Below, in pieces: positions 9,430-19,762 of a DNA stretch of 64,000 nucleotides. Below the pieces are notes generated by a model. It searched no databases. It saw only the letters and a list, made by a program, of their open reading frames with translations, and was not told where the DNA came from. The translations under genes were made by a program, and so were the position numbers. Location: the NCBI GenBank assembly GCA_022844165.1, contig JALHMH010000002.1:128001-192000 (forward strand), written 5' to 3'. The stretch's first letter is position 1, and each line of letters starts with the position of its first letter. The DNA is from Lysobacterales bacterium (GTDB taxonomy: Bacteria > Pseudomonadota > Gammaproteobacteria > Xanthomonadales > SZUA-5).

Positions 9430-9777
9430 TCTCCGACCCCCAATTCGCTCAGGACAATTTTGCTAGACGGATTGCCGGGCCAATGTGCGCCATCGCGCGT
9501 ATCGCACCGTTCGGGAAACGCACGGCGGGCTTCCCGTTGCATACTGCCGTCGACAGGTCGGGCATCAGTCCCAATTGGCGTAGATCGTGCGCCATCTCGT
9601 CGGTGAAGTGGCGTTCTTCGGCACGCACTGCCTGCGGCGCTCGGTGCAGACCTTTCGCGACTTCATCAACGCGCACCGTTTGCACTTCATGTTTGTAGCC
9701 GGAGAACGCAGCGGATGTCACGCGGCGGCAAGCCGGTGCGGCGGGCCTCTCGCAATAGCGGACGCACTGGATGTGCG

Positions 9778-10809
9778 TCAGGACGCCCGCGGCGGTTGAC
9801 AGCTATCGCGCACCACGAGGTTTGGTCGAATGCTGACGGGCAGGGCCGGCCGATTCTGGAATTCGGCGAGCAGCAGCTCGGCCGCCTTACGCCCGACTTC
9901 GCGAACCGGGAGGCGGACGGTGGTCAAGGCCGGCCACAACTGGGCGGCCAATGGACTGTCGTCATAGCCGATGACAGATACATCGCCGGGGACCGTCAAA
10001 CCGCGCCGCAGCGCGGCTTTGTAGATGCCCGCCGCCATTTCGTCGTTGGCGGCGAAGATCGCCGTTGGGCGCGGTATCTGCGCCAACAACGCGTCGGCGC
10101 CAGCGACGCCGGATTCGAAGGTGTAACCGCCCTCATACTCGAGGTTCGGCGCCAATTCGATGCCTCGTTCTGCAAGTCCCTGTTTGAATCCTTCGCCGCG
10201 TTCGATAGCCGATCGGTAGCGCTTGGGCCCGGTGATCAAACCGACGTGCCGATGGCCGAGCGATTGCACGTAATGCGCAGCTTCGATGCAGGCGCGCCGA
10301 TCGTGGGTGTGTAAGCGTCGCGATGGTTCGTCGAGTTCGATGGACGCAATTCGAACGTAGCGGCATTGCTCTTCGATCAGCATCTGCGACAGCGAGGCAT
10401 CTTCAGATACACGCGGCACCAGAATCACGCCATATAGTCGCTGCCGCCGGACGAACTGGCGCACACCCTCGACGTAGTCGCTGCGGCGACTATCCGAAGG
10501 GTGCACGACCAGCTCAAATCCTGTGCCGGCCAGGGCGTCCAGTACGCCATATTGCATGTTGACGATGTATTGGGCGGTTGGATTGTCGAACACCAGGCCT
10601 ATCAGGAACGAATGGCGAAACGCCAAACCGCGGGCTTGAGGATCGGGTGCGTAGTCGTGTTCGCGCATGAGCGCGAGCACTTTTTCGCGCGTGTCGTCGC
10701 GCACCAGCGGCGAATGGTTGAGTACCCGAGAGACGGTTTTTTTCGACACCCCCGCGAGACGCGCGATGGTGTTGATCGTGGCCTTTTCGGTTTTGCTGGC
10801 AGGAGGCAT
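9778..10809 (-). CDS. LacI-family transcriptional regulator of the pectin/uronate locus
   Basis: ATINTIARLAGVSKKTVSRVLN HTH; AIFAANDEMAAG; VIGYDDS; ALTTV. Start could be 10818. Confidence 0.95.
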   Translation of the reverse strand: MPPASKTEKATINTIARLAGVSKKTVSRVLNHSPLVRDDTREKVLALMREHDYAPDPQARGLAFRHSFLIGLVFDNPTAQYIVNMQYGVLDALAGTGFELVVHPSDSRRSDYVEGVRQFVRRQRLYGVILVPRVSEDASLSQMLIEEQCRYVRIASIELDEPSRRLHTHDRRACIEAAHYVQSLGHRHVGLITGPKRYRSAIERGEGFKQGLAERGIELAPNLEYEGGYTFESGVAGADALLAQIPRPTAIFAANDEMAAGIYKAALRRGLTVPGDVSVIGYDDSPLAAQLWPALTTVRLPVREVGRKAAELLLAEFQNRPALPVSIRPNLVVRDSCQPPRAS

Positions 10810-10876
10810 GCGCGCCATTGTAGCGATTGCCGCGTGCCGATGCTCCCGAAGGATCGAGCCGCTGGCGCTTTGCCGC

Positions 10877-12154
10877 TTAAAGGCCCGGCAGCCACAAACT
10901 CAACGATGGCACCAGCACAACCAAGAGCAGTACCGAGAGTGCCGCCAGATAGAACGGCCAAATACTGCGTAGCGCCTGTCCGACACTGATCTGACCGATG
11001 CCGGCCCCAACAAACAACACCGAACCCACCGGCGGGGTGATCAGGCCGATGCCGGCGGTGAGAATCAACACAACGCCGAAGTGCACGGGCGAAATCCCAT
11101 AGGCCTGCGCAACCGGTAAAAAGATCGGCGTGCAAATGATGATCATGGGCGCCATATCCATGAACGTGCCGAGGATCAGTAATGCCATGACCATCAGCAA
11201 CAAGACTGCTGTCGGCGAATCGGCGACGCTCTTTAGGGCTGCGACGGTTGCCGCAGGCACTTGCAAATACGCCAGCAACCATCCGAACGCGGCGGCCGCA
11301 GCGATCACGAACAAGATCACGCCCGTTGTGCGCACCGCGCCGCTGAGCATCTGCATGAATGCGCCTGGCGACATCTGCCGATACACCAGTGTCGCGATGG
11401 CCAGTGCGTACAGCACCGCGATCGACGCGCTCTCCACGGCGGTAAAGATACCGGCGCGGATGCCGCCGAGGATGATCAAAATCAGCAGCAGGCCGGGGAG
11501 CGCCGCAATCAAACACCGAAGCACAGTGCGAGCGCCGGGAAACACTTCAGTACGGTAGCCGCGACGCCAGGCCAGTACGTAAGTGGTTGCCATCACGGCA
11601 AGGGTCAGCATGATGGCAGGCACGATGCCGGCTGCGAACAGTTTCGCGATGGACACGCCGCCGCCTGCCGCTGCCGAGTACAAGATCAAGTTGTGCGACG
11701 GCGGCACCAGGAGCGCTACTAATGCAGCCGTGATCGAAACATTCACCGCAAAGTCAGCATCGAAACCGCGCTGTTTCATTTGCGGAATCATCGTGCCACC
11801 GATTGCCGAGACATCCGCGATGGCCGATCCCGACACGCCGCCGAACAGCATCGACGCCACCACATTCACTTGCCCCAGTCCGCCACGCATGTGGCCAACC
11901 AGGCTCGTCGCCAGTGCGATGATTCGGTCCGACAATCCGCCGCGCAGCATGATCTCGCCGGTGAGAATGAACAAGGGGATCGCCAGCAGCGTGCTGGCGT
12001 TGGCACCGGCCGCCAGCTCGATGACCAGCACCAGCGGCGGCAATCCGAGATAGATGATCGTCGCGAGCGATGCGGTCGCCAGCGCAAATGCCACAGGCAC
12101 ACCCAGAGCGAGCAGAATGAAGAAGCTCAAGAACAGTAGCGCGGTGGCCGGCAT
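10877..12154 (-). CDS. dctM: TRAP transporter large permease
   Basis: Hydrophobic 425 aa; AIPLFILTGEIM, GGVSGSAIAD, LVPPS, GLITPPVG. Confidence 0.95.
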   Translation of the reverse strand: MPATALLFLSFFILLALGVPVAFALATASLATIIYLGLPPLVLVIELAAGANASTLLAIPLFILTGEIMLRGGLSDRIIALATSLVGHMRGGLGQVNVVASMLFGGVSGSAIADVSAIGGTMIPQMKQRGFDADFAVNVSITAALVALLVPPSHNLILYSAAAGGGVSIAKLFAAGIVPAIMLTLAVMATTYVLAWRRGYRTEVFPGARTVLRCLIAALPGLLLILIILGGIRAGIFTAVESASIAVLYALAIATLVYRQMSPGAFMQMLSGAVRTTGVILFVIAAAAAFGWLLAYLQVPAATVAALKSVADSPTAVLLLMVMALLILGTFMDMAPMIIICTPIFLPVAQAYGISPVHFGVVLILTAGIGLITPPVGSVLFVGAGIGQISVGQALRSIWPFYLAALSVLLLVVLVPSLSLWLPGL

Positions 12155-12163
12155 TCGTTGCTC

Positions 12164-12616
12164 CTAAAGTCGTAACCCGCGCTCGAGCGCGAATCCAGCC
12201 ATCAACGCGCCGCCCAAAACCAGCGGCAGATAACGCGCGCCTTCGGGCAGCAGCGTGCCGGCCAACAGCACGTCCCGATCGGACCAGAACAGGATGGCGC
12301 CACCGATGGCGAGCAACAGGCCAAGCGCAACGGCGATCACCAGGGCGAGGCCATTGAGGACGCGCTGCGCCAAAGGCGATAGTCGTTCGCTCAACAGCGA
12401 AAAGCGAAAGTGAGCATGGCTGCGCACACCCAGCGCGGCAGCGCACATCATCGTCGTGTTCATCAGCAGCAGCGCCAGCGGCTCGGTCCAGCTCGGCGAG
12501 TCGTTCAGCAGGTATCGGCCGAACACTTGCCAGGACTGGACCAGTACAATGCCGAGCAGCGAGACCACGCAGAGCCACAGCGTGAGTCGCGCCACGAGGT
12601 CGCCAGCTTTGCTCAT
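12164..12616 (-). CDS. dctQ: TRAP transporter small permease
   Basis: Four TM segments, QVFGRYLLNDSPSWTE; ATGA overlap with the dctP stop. Confidence 0.92.
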   Translation of the reverse strand: MSKAGDLVARLTLWLCVVSLLGIVLVQSWQVFGRYLLNDSPSWTEPLALLLMNTTMMCAAALGVRSHAHFRFSLLSERLSPLAQRVLNGLALVIAVALGLLLAIGGAILFWSDRDVLLAGTLLPEGARYLPLVLGGALMAGFALERGLRL

Positions 12617-13590
12617 GCCAGATCCCGGATGGTCGCGTACAAGGGTGCCAGCTCGCCGCGGCCGACTTGGGCGAGCAACGGTTCCACCGCACGCGTGAAA
12701 GCTTCGCGATCGATCACCGTTTCCACCACGCCGCTGTCGAGTGCCTTTTGCCTTGCTGCCGCCAGGGCCTGATCCCATGCGGCACGCATCACGACGACCG
12801 AACGCTGCGCCAGATCGCGAATCAACTCGCGGTCGCCGGGCCTAAGTTGTGTATCGATGGTGGCCGAGAGCAGGAGGACATCCGGCACCATCGAATGTGC
12901 ACTGCTCGACCAATGATGGGCGACCTCAAACTGGCGGCTGCTGACAAAGCTCATCCAGTTGTTTTCGGCGCCATCGATGAGGCCGGTTTGCAGGGCCGAA
13001 TACACCTCGCCGAATGCCAGTGGCGTTGCGTTGACGCCAAAACTGCGCATGATCGCCAGGAACACGTCCGACGCCGGGACGCGCAGTTTCAAGCCTCTCA
13101 GATCATCGGGCGCGGCGATTGCGTGTCGCGTGTTATAGATGCCGCGGTAGCCCGCATCGTAGAAGCACAAAGCGATTTGGCCGCGGCTCGACAGGTGGGT
13201 TAAAAGTTGCCGCCCGGGCGCGCCGTCGAGGGCGCGGCGCAGGTGCGCTACATCGTCGAACACATACGGCAACGACAGTAGCGCGGTATCGGGAAACGCA
13301 TTGTTGAGCGCGGCGATGGTCACACGCGTCAGCGCCAGGGCGCCGTGCCGGACCAAGGTCAATGTGTCCGCCTCGCGTCCGAGTTGACCGGCGGGATAGT
13401 GCAAGAGGCGCAAACGACCGGCGGTGAGTCTCTCCAGCTCCGCGCCCAGCCACTGCACCGCCATGACCGTCGGATATCCGGCGATATGCACGTCGGCGCC
13501 GCGCAGAACAGTACCCGACGAGAGCCGGTCGGACATCGCGGGAAGCGCTGCCATGCCGGCCATTGTGGCGAGTGCGTTGCGGCGCTTCAT
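12613..13590 (-). CDS. dctP: TRAP substrate-binding protein with Tat-like signal
   Basis: MKRRNAL; DLRGLKLRV; FGEVYSALQTGLIDGAENN. Confidence 0.95.
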   Translation of the reverse strand: MKRRNALATMAGMAALPAMSDRLSSGTVLRGADVHIAGYPTVMAVQWLGAELERLTAGRLRLLHYPAGQLGREADTLTLVRHGALALTRVTIAALNNAFPDTALLSLPYVFDDVAHLRRALDGAPGRQLLTHLSSRGQIALCFYDAGYRGIYNTRHAIAAPDDLRGLKLRVPASDVFLAIMRSFGVNATPLAFGEVYSALQTGLIDGAENNWMSFVSSRQFEVAHHWSSSAHSMVPDVLLLSATIDTQLRPGDRELIRDLAQRSVVVMRAAWDQALAAARQKALDSGVVETVIDREAFTRAVEPLLAQVGRGELAPLYATIRDLA

Positions 13591-14399
13591 GCCGAGCGTG
13601 CCTCGCAATGCAATACGGTGCCGCCGGTAAATTCCACCCGCGCCCGCTCGCCAATCCGGATGTCGTGGATGCCGGTGCTGGCACCGGTGGACACCAGATC
13701 GCCGCGTCTGAGCGGCCTGCCGCGTCTGGCGTTGCGTTCCAGCGCGAAAATCAGCGCCGCGAGCGGACCGCCGCTGATCGATGTTGCGCCACCGCGGCCT
13801 ACACTTCGCCCTCCGATGAAGGTCTCGCAGAACAAAGATGGCCAGCTTTGCTGCCAGTCGTCGACCTTTGGGCCGACCAACAAGCCAGCGTTGTTTCCGA
13901 AGTCGGACACCACGACCGCTGGACCGAGTTCATTGATGCTCGCCAGCGGGCTGCCCGCAAATTCGATGCCCAGGCGCATACATGCGGCGAGTGTGCACGC
14001 GTCGTCCAAGGAAAAGTGCCGCTGCGCCGGATCGACATCGACGGCAATTTCGAAAATGTACTCGGCCTCGACCGCCGCAAAGCCGCCCGGAATCACGCGC
14101 AACAGGCCTCGGTCGCCAGGCGAGAGCCGTTGAACATTCTGCCGGAAGATTGGACCGACCAGCCGTTCTTCGCCGAGCCGATCGCACCATGCATCGGGGA
14201 TCTTCCCGACCTTCCAGCCCACGATGGCATCTGGCCAAAGCGCGATGGCCGCGTCTTGTCGCGCATAAGCCGCGTCAAGCGAAGCCGGCAGCGAACCTGG
14301 ATATGCCGGCAAAGCGGTCGCCGTCTGGCGCGCAGCGACAAACTGCCTGGCAACTTGCATGGCCGACTCGGCAGGGGCGGGGCTATTGTGCAGGGTCAT
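13587..14399 (-). CDS. FAH-superfamily, 2-keto-4-pentenoate hydratase-like protein
   Basis: AAYARQD, VGWKVG, VEAEYIF, LRRGDLVSTGA. Confidence 0.88.
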   Translation of the reverse strand: MTLHNSPAPAESAMQVARQFVAARQTATALPAYPGSLPASLDAAYARQDAAIALWPDAIVGWKVGKIPDAWCDRLGEERLVGPIFRQNVQRLSPGDRGLLRVIPGGFAAVEAEYIFEIAVDVDPAQRHFSLDDACTLAACMRLGIEFAGSPLASINELGPAVVVSDFGNNAGLLVGPKVDDWQQSWPSLFCETFIGGRSVGRGGATSISGGPLAALIFALERNARRGRPLRRGDLVSTGASTGIHDIRIGERARVEFTGGTVLHCEARSA

Positions 14400-14433
14400 T
14401 CTCGTTCGCGTTCGAATGGAAGTAAGATATAAA

Positions 14434-14448
14434 GGAAACCGGTGTCAT
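14434..14448. promoter_or_regulatory. LacI-type operator, copy 1 (ATGACACCGGT on minus strand)
   Basis: GGAAACCGGTGTCAT in the divergent hydratase/pectate lyase gap; same 11-bp core at three other promoter positions. Confidence 0.8.
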
Positions 14449-14458
14449 TTTCAACGAG

Positions 14459-15775
14459 GTGAATATGAATACGATCGCGCGCCCGTTCCGGGCAGCCATT
14501 TTGTCGCTGGTCACGCTTTGGGGCGCTCCCGCACTGATGGCGCAGCCAGATCGTCGTGTCGGCTGGGCGGATGACCGCGGTGGGCGAGGCGGCCAGATTG
14601 TGCGGGTGACAACACTTGCCGCCACTGGCCCGGGTTCGTTGCAACAGGCGATCGCTCAAAGCGGACCGCGTATCGTCGTATTCGAAGTAGGAGGCGTCAT
14701 CGATTTGGGCGCACAAGCGGTGGTCGTTGAAAAACCGTACTTGACGATAGCTGGTCAAACTGCGCCGTATCCAGGAATTACGCTGATTCGCGGGGGTATC
14801 GAAATCCGGACACATGACGTTGTCGTGCGCCACTTGCGCGTACGTCCTGGGGAGGCAGGCGCCGCCAAGGGCAGCGGCCAGGACTTCGACGCGATTTCGA
14901 CCATCGGTGCGCATGATGTTGTGATCGATCATTGTTCGCTGACCTGGGCGACGGACGAAAACCTCTCGGCCTCGGGTCCGCGATTTGTGGATGGTGGCCG
15001 CACACTGGAAGATTTCCGCGCAGCGACGTCGAGGCGGATTACCTTCAGCAACAACCTCCTGGCGGAAGGTCTGGCGTTCTCTACGCATGCCAAAGGAGAG
15101 CACAGCAAAGGCAGTTTGATTCACGACAATGTCAGGGACATTCTGATCGTAGGTAACCTATACGCGCACAATGTGGAGCGTTCGCCGTTGTTCAAGGGCG
15201 CGGTGCGTGGCGCAGTGCTCAACAACCTGATCTACGATCCCGGCACTCGTGCAGTTCACTACAATCTGATCGCTCAAGAATGGGTCGATCGCGAATACGT
15301 CATCGGCGAAATGCAGTTGCTCGGCAACGTCATGCGCGCAGGGCCATCGACCACCGCACCGATCGCCTTGTTGATGGTCGGCGGCTCCGGCGACCTTCGC
15401 TTGCACGCCAAGGACAATATCGCCGTCGACCGCATCGGTATGCCATTGCCGCAATTGGGTCGTTACACAACTGCGCCAATCAAGATCGTCGAAGAAACAT
15501 GGGAGCTGCCGCCTGGCGTCGAGCTGCTGCCGGCGACAGCGGTGCAGGACGCAGTGGTCGCCAATGCCGGTGCAAGGCCATGGGATCGGGATGATATCGA
15601 CCGCCGCATCGTCGCCAACGTGATCGAAGGCCGTGGCGCCATCATCAACAGTGAAACGCAGGTTGGCGGCTATCCGAGTTACCCGGAAACACGTGCTGCG
15701 TTTATTGAAGAAGACTGGGATCTGGCGCACATGACACCGCGCAAAGCGCTCTGGCGGCGTCCGCCGCCAAAGTAA
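14459..15775 (+). CDS. Secreted pectate lyase (PL1-like)
   Basis: Signal peptide; GGRGGQIVRVTTL, GPGSL, PRIVVFEVGGVI, TIAGQTAP, IDHCSLTWATDE, ERSP. Confidence 0.9.
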   Translation: MNMNTIARPFRAAILSLVTLWGAPALMAQPDRRVGWADDRGGRGGQIVRVTTLAATGPGSLQQAIAQSGPRIVVFEVGGVIDLGAQAVVVEKPYLTIAGQTAPYPGITLIRGGIEIRTHDVVVRHLRVRPGEAGAAKGSGQDFDAISTIGAHDVVIDHCSLTWATDENLSASGPRFVDGGRTLEDFRAATSRRITFSNNLLAEGLAFSTHAKGEHSKGSLIHDNVRDILIVGNLYAHNVERSPLFKGAVRGAVLNNLIYDPGTRAVHYNLIAQEWVDREYVIGEMQLLGNVMRAGPSTTAPIALLMVGGSGDLRLHAKDNIAVDRIGMPLPQLGRYTTAPIKIVEETWELPPGVELLPATAVQDAVVANAGARPWDRDDIDRRIVANVIEGRGAIINSETQVGGYPSYPETRAAFIEEDWDLAHMTPRKALWRRPPPK

Positions 15776-15805
15776 ACGGATGCCTGTGCGCTGGCGTCGG
15801 CGCGC

Positions 15806-15841
15806 GGCTCTCGGCGAATCGACCATCGATTGCCGAGAGCC
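15806..15841. terminator. Hairpin between the convergent pectate lyase and TonB receptor genes
   Basis: GGCTCTCGGC(G)AATCGA-CCA-TCGATTGCCGAGAGCC. Confidence 0.6.
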
Positions 15842-15850
15842 ACCGGGCGC

Positions 15851-18610
15851 TTACATTTTGTAGCGTACGCCGAACAGGTATTGGCGGCCGGTGTGGTGAT
15901 AGACCGAGACGCGATCGCCACGGGAGTCGACCCACTGATCGTTGAATTCGTCCGTCAAGTTGAGCGCTTCGAAACTGAGTTCCCACTGATCGTTGAGTTT
16001 GTAAGATGCCGATGCATCAATGTTGAGTGTCGCCTTCGTGCCTTCCACATCATTGCTGTTGCGCCCGGGCGCCGTCGTCAGGTAGTCGTCGCGGTAGGCG
16101 GCCGAAACGCGCATGCCGAAGCGTTCGGTTTCGTAGTACAGCGTTGCGTTGTAAGCGTTCTTCGAAAGCCCGGTCAGATCCGTCTGCAGAGCATTTGCGC
16201 CGGTCGATGTGACGTATTGGATTTTCGAATCTACGTAGGTGTAGTTGAAGATTGCGCCCAGATCGTTGAACGGCGCGGGCAGGAAGCTCAGAGGTTGCTG
16301 CCAACTCAATTCGAGTCCGGTCAACTCCCCGCCCGGCGTGTTCACGGGAATGTTGAACTGGAAGTCGTCGTTGACGCTGGCGCCGGTGCCGGTCAACAGA
16401 CTTTCGGGCAGACCCGATGAGCTATAGGGTCGGGTTTCGCGCGACGTCTGCACAAAAGTGTCGATATCTTTGTAGAACAGTGCCGCCGAGAGCAGGGCTT
16501 CGTCGGCGTAGTACCACTCGAGCGCCAGATCGGCCGTCGTGGCGCGGAACGGGTCGAGTAGTGGATCGCCACCTGTCACCGTGCGATTGCCGCCGCTCAC
16601 GCTCACCGTGACGCCCGGCGTCAAGTTGCCAAGGCCGGGTCGCGCCATCACCTTGGCAGCACCAAACCTCAGAAGCACGTCGGGTTTGACTTCTGCGGTC
16701 AAATTGAAGGCTGGCAGAAAGTCGTTGTAGTCGCGTTCCACGGTGATCAACACCGGGGTGTTGTTGACCACAGCGAAACCGCTGGCCGTCTGCTCGGTCC
16801 GCACGTATCGCGCGCCAATGTTGGCGCTGATGGGCACGTTGCCGACATCGGCGACAATATCGGCCTGCAACCAGGTGCCGAAGTCCTCTTCTTCCACACT
16901 GCGATTGTTGCCTCGTGCGCTGGCCACGGTTGAGGCAAGCGCAAAAATCCCGCTATTGCTGTAGATGTCGAAAAGGCGCGCGAATGCCGCCGCATCGGGC
17001 GTCACCCAGCGCACATCTGTGCCACCAGGTACGTTCAGATCAGACAGACTGAGAATGCGCGACAGGTCAGCGATGGTGGTGCCGGCAGGCAGTGCCGGCA
17101 CCACCGTTTCCGACGCACGCCGCAACTCGCTGGTGACGAAGCTGTATTCCTTCCAGAGCAGGCCGCCCTTCAACGTCACGGCGTCGTTCAGATCGAAACT
17201 GAGATTCAGTTCCGCGCTGTCGAATTCGTTGTCGGCGGTTTGTGGTCGCAGGCGGATTTCAGAAAGGCCATTGGCGAAGCTCCAGTTCGCTGGATTGCTG
17301 ACGTCGAATCCGTAACTCAACAGCGGCAGACGGTCGTTGTTGCGGTAGTCCCAAACAACACCGTTCGCATTGACACGGTCCAATGTAACGGTGGTCTGGA
17401 TCGGATTGTCGAACAGCGATTCAGCATGTCCAATGCGACCATCGATGCGCCATCGATCGTTGATCTGGTGTTCGCCACTGAGGGTGAACTGTTTGAATGT
17501 CGTCTCTAATTCGTCGTAACGTGATTCAGACCGCACGTCGACATTATCAAATACACCATAGACCAGATTGCCGCGCGAATTCACAGCGCCATCGCGAACA
17601 ATCGTCTGCGGTTTGCCCGTCCCTGTTCTTGAGAACGAGATCGACTCGAGGAAGTCCTCGCTTCGTGTTGCATCGAATCTCGCATAGAGCGCGTCCAGAG
17701 AGAACAGTGTTTCGTCGCTCGGACGGAACTGCCAGGAGCCCGTGACGCCCAGGCGCTCTTGTTGATGCTCGAGTACACCGTAACGCGGAATCCGGGGATG
17801 GAACACATCGGGCGACAACGCCGGCGTGAACGGGGAACTGGCTGCGAAGCCACCGCTTGAGTTGCCTCTGTCCCAGCGCACCGTGCTATGGCCCTCTTCG
17901 ATGAGCCGGCGATCGGTATAGGCCACCGACAGCAAGGCACCCATCGTGCCATCCGCCCAGGTGTTGCTGATCAGAGCAGCGCCACGAGGATCGGTGTTCT
18001 CAGAAAGGTCGTTGTAGCCGATCTGTGCAGACGTCGCCAAAACGAACCCGTCGTAATCGAAAGGCCGTGCGGGTTGTAGATCGACGGTTGCGCCCAGCGA
18101 GCCCTCTTCGATTTCCGCTGCAGCTGTCTTACGCACCGTGATGCTGTTGAACAGGTCCGACGCAAATACGTTGAAATCAAAGCCGCGCCCGCGGTTTGCG
18201 CCACCCGAACTGTCAGTGCCACCCGTCGTCGTCAAGGCTTCCATGCCGTTGATGCGTACGCGCGTAAACTGCGAATCGAGCCCACGCACCGAAATGTTGC
18301 GGCCTTCGCCTGCGTCACGGGTGATGCTGACGCCCGGGATTCTCTGCAAGGACTCCGCGAGGTTCAGATCCGGGAATTTGCCGATATCTTCCGCGACGAT
18401 GGCATCAACCTGGCCAACCGTGTCGCGTTTGATATCGATGGCGCGTTGCAGGCTTTGCCGGAAACCGACAACACTAACGACATCGAGCTGCCTCGCTTCG
18501 TCGTTGTCATCGGACTGCTGTGCCCGACTGTCGGGTGCGTAAAGCGCAGCCACAATCGCCGATGCCAGCACAGCTTGTTGCACAGGCCAATGGCGTGTCT
18601 TGAATGTCAT
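15851..18610 (-). CDS. TonB-dependent receptor (carbohydrate-locus type)
   Basis: Signal peptide; VSVVGFRQSL; DIGKFPDLNLAESLQRIPGVSI; NISVRGL; GRQYLFGVRYKM. Start MTFKT has GGGAGGGG upstream. Confidence 0.95.
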   Translation of the reverse strand: MTFKTRHWPVQQAVLASAIVAALYAPDSRAQQSDDNDEARQLDVVSVVGFRQSLQRAIDIKRDTVGQVDAIVAEDIGKFPDLNLAESLQRIPGVSITRDAGEGRNISVRGLDSQFTRVRINGMEALTTTGGTDSSGGANRGRGFDFNVFASDLFNSITVRKTAAAEIEEGSLGATVDLQPARPFDYDGFVLATSAQIGYNDLSENTDPRGAALISNTWADGTMGALLSVAYTDRRLIEEGHSTVRWDRGNSSGGFAASSPFTPALSPDVFHPRIPRYGVLEHQQERLGVTGSWQFRPSDETLFSLDALYARFDATRSEDFLESISFSRTGTGKPQTIVRDGAVNSRGNLVYGVFDNVDVRSESRYDELETTFKQFTLSGEHQINDRWRIDGRIGHAESLFDNPIQTTVTLDRVNANGVVWDYRNNDRLPLLSYGFDVSNPANWSFANGLSEIRLRPQTADNEFDSAELNLSFDLNDAVTLKGGLLWKEYSFVTSELRRASETVVPALPAGTTIADLSRILSLSDLNVPGGTDVRWVTPDAAAFARLFDIYSNSGIFALASTVASARGNNRSVEEEDFGTWLQADIVADVGNVPISANIGARYVRTEQTASGFAVVNNTPVLITVERDYNDFLPAFNLTAEVKPDVLLRFGAAKVMARPGLGNLTPGVTVSVSGGNRTVTGGDPLLDPFRATTADLALEWYYADEALLSAALFYKDIDTFVQTSRETRPYSSSGLPESLLTGTGASVNDDFQFNIPVNTPGGELTGLELSWQQPLSFLPAPFNDLGAIFNYTYVDSKIQYVTSTGANALQTDLTGLSKNAYNATLYYETERFGMRVSAAYRDDYLTTAPGRNSNDVEGTKATLNIDASASYKLNDQWELSFEALNLTDEFNDQWVDSRGDRVSVYHHTGRQYLFGVRYKM

Positions 18611-18646
18611 GGATTCCCCTCCCAAGGCGAGATGATACCGCGATAA

Positions 18647-18661
18647 ATGACACCGGTAGCA
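18647..18661. promoter_or_regulatory. LacI-type operator, copy 2
   Basis: ATGACACCGGTAGCA in the TonB receptor/kdgK divergent gap. Confidence 0.8.
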
Positions 18662-18675
18662 AATTTGGTTAGTGC

Positions 18676-18691
18676 ATGACACCGGTGGTCA
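18676..18691. promoter_or_regulatory. LacI-type operator, copy 3
   Basis: ATGACACCGGTGGTCA, 29 bp after copy 2. Confidence 0.8.
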
Positions 18692-18749
18692 AAATCGTAT
18701 CAGAGCATGAGATAATTGCAAGCATCGTGAAGGCTGTTTCCTGAAGGAG

Positions 18750-19760
18750 ATGTCGATGTCGGCCGTGCTTTGTTTCGGCGAAATGCTGCTGCGGCTGAAT
18801 GCGCCCGGTCGTCAGTTGTTGCTACAGACATCCCAGTTGGAGGTTTGCGTCGGCGGAGCGGAGGCGAACGTTGCTGTGGCCATGGCGCAACTCGGCCACG
18901 GCGTGCGCATGCTGACCGCGCTGCCGCACGGGCCGCTCGGAGACACCGCGCTCGGCGAGCTGCGCCGATTCGGTATCGATACACAAAGCGTTGCGCGCAG
19001 CGAGGGCCGAATGGGCTTGTACTTTTTGGTGCCAGGCGCCATGCAGCGGCCCTCGGAAGTGCTCTACGATCGCCAGCATTCGTCGTTCTCGGCGAAAGTC
19101 TGGACAACGAGCGAATTCGAACGCGCGCTGGAGGGCGTTGATTGGTTGCTGCTCTCGGGCGTGACACCGTCCCTCGGCGAAGCATCGGCGGATGCGTGCG
19201 AACGTCTGCTCTCGATCGCAGCCGAACGTGGCACGCGCATTGCGTTCGACGGCAACTTCCGCAGTAAGCTCTGGGCGCTTTGGAACGGCGAGCCACAGCG
19301 GCGTTTGCACTCGCTGATGGACAAAGCCGAGCTGCTGTTCGCCGATGAGCGCGACATGGCGGTTGTGCTCGGCGATGCGCCGGCCGACGATCGGTTTGCG
19401 CAGGCTGCAGCCCGCGCATTCGCCGCGTTTCCACGTCTGGAACGAATGGCGACGACCCTGCGCGACGAGCACAGCGTCGATCACCACACGCTGACGGCGC
19501 GAATGCTGCACAGGAGCGGCACGAGCACCAGCGCGCCGCGCTACACGCTGGCGCCGATCGTCGATCGCATCGGTACTGGCGATGCCTTTGCTGCCGGCGT
19601 GCTGCATGGCCTGATCAACGGTCTTACGGACGGCGAGTCGCTGCACTATGGTCTTGCCGGGGCGTGTTTGAAGCACTCCATTCCCGGCGATTTCAATCGT
19701 GCGTCGTTGGCCGATCTTCAGGATTTCGTCGCGGCACGAGGGTTCGGGGTCAGGCGGTAG
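18750..19760 (+). CDS. kdgK: 2-keto-3-deoxygluconate kinase (PfkB family)
   Basis: CFGEMLLRL, GGAEANVA, YDRQHS, DRIGTGDAFAAG; adjacent to kduID. Confidence 0.9.
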   Translation: MSMSAVLCFGEMLLRLNAPGRQLLLQTSQLEVCVGGAEANVAVAMAQLGHGVRMLTALPHGPLGDTALGELRRFGIDTQSVARSEGRMGLYFLVPGAMQRPSEVLYDRQHSSFSAKVWTTSEFERALEGVDWLLLSGVTPSLGEASADACERLLSIAAERGTRIAFDGNFRSKLWALWNGEPQRRLHSLMDKAELLFADERDMAVVLGDAPADDRFAQAAARAFAAFPRLERMATTLRDEHSVDHHTLTARMLHRSGTSTSAPRYTLAPIVDRIGTGDAFAAGVLHGLINGLTDGESLHYGLAGACLKHSIPGDFNRASLADLQDFVAARGFGVRR

Positions 19761-19762
19761 GG

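Noticed and set aside
9449-9721. 90-aa minus-strand ORF between LacI and the barrel gene
   Set aside because: Partly protein-like but no family, RBS or clear start; may be a remnant and needs blastx.
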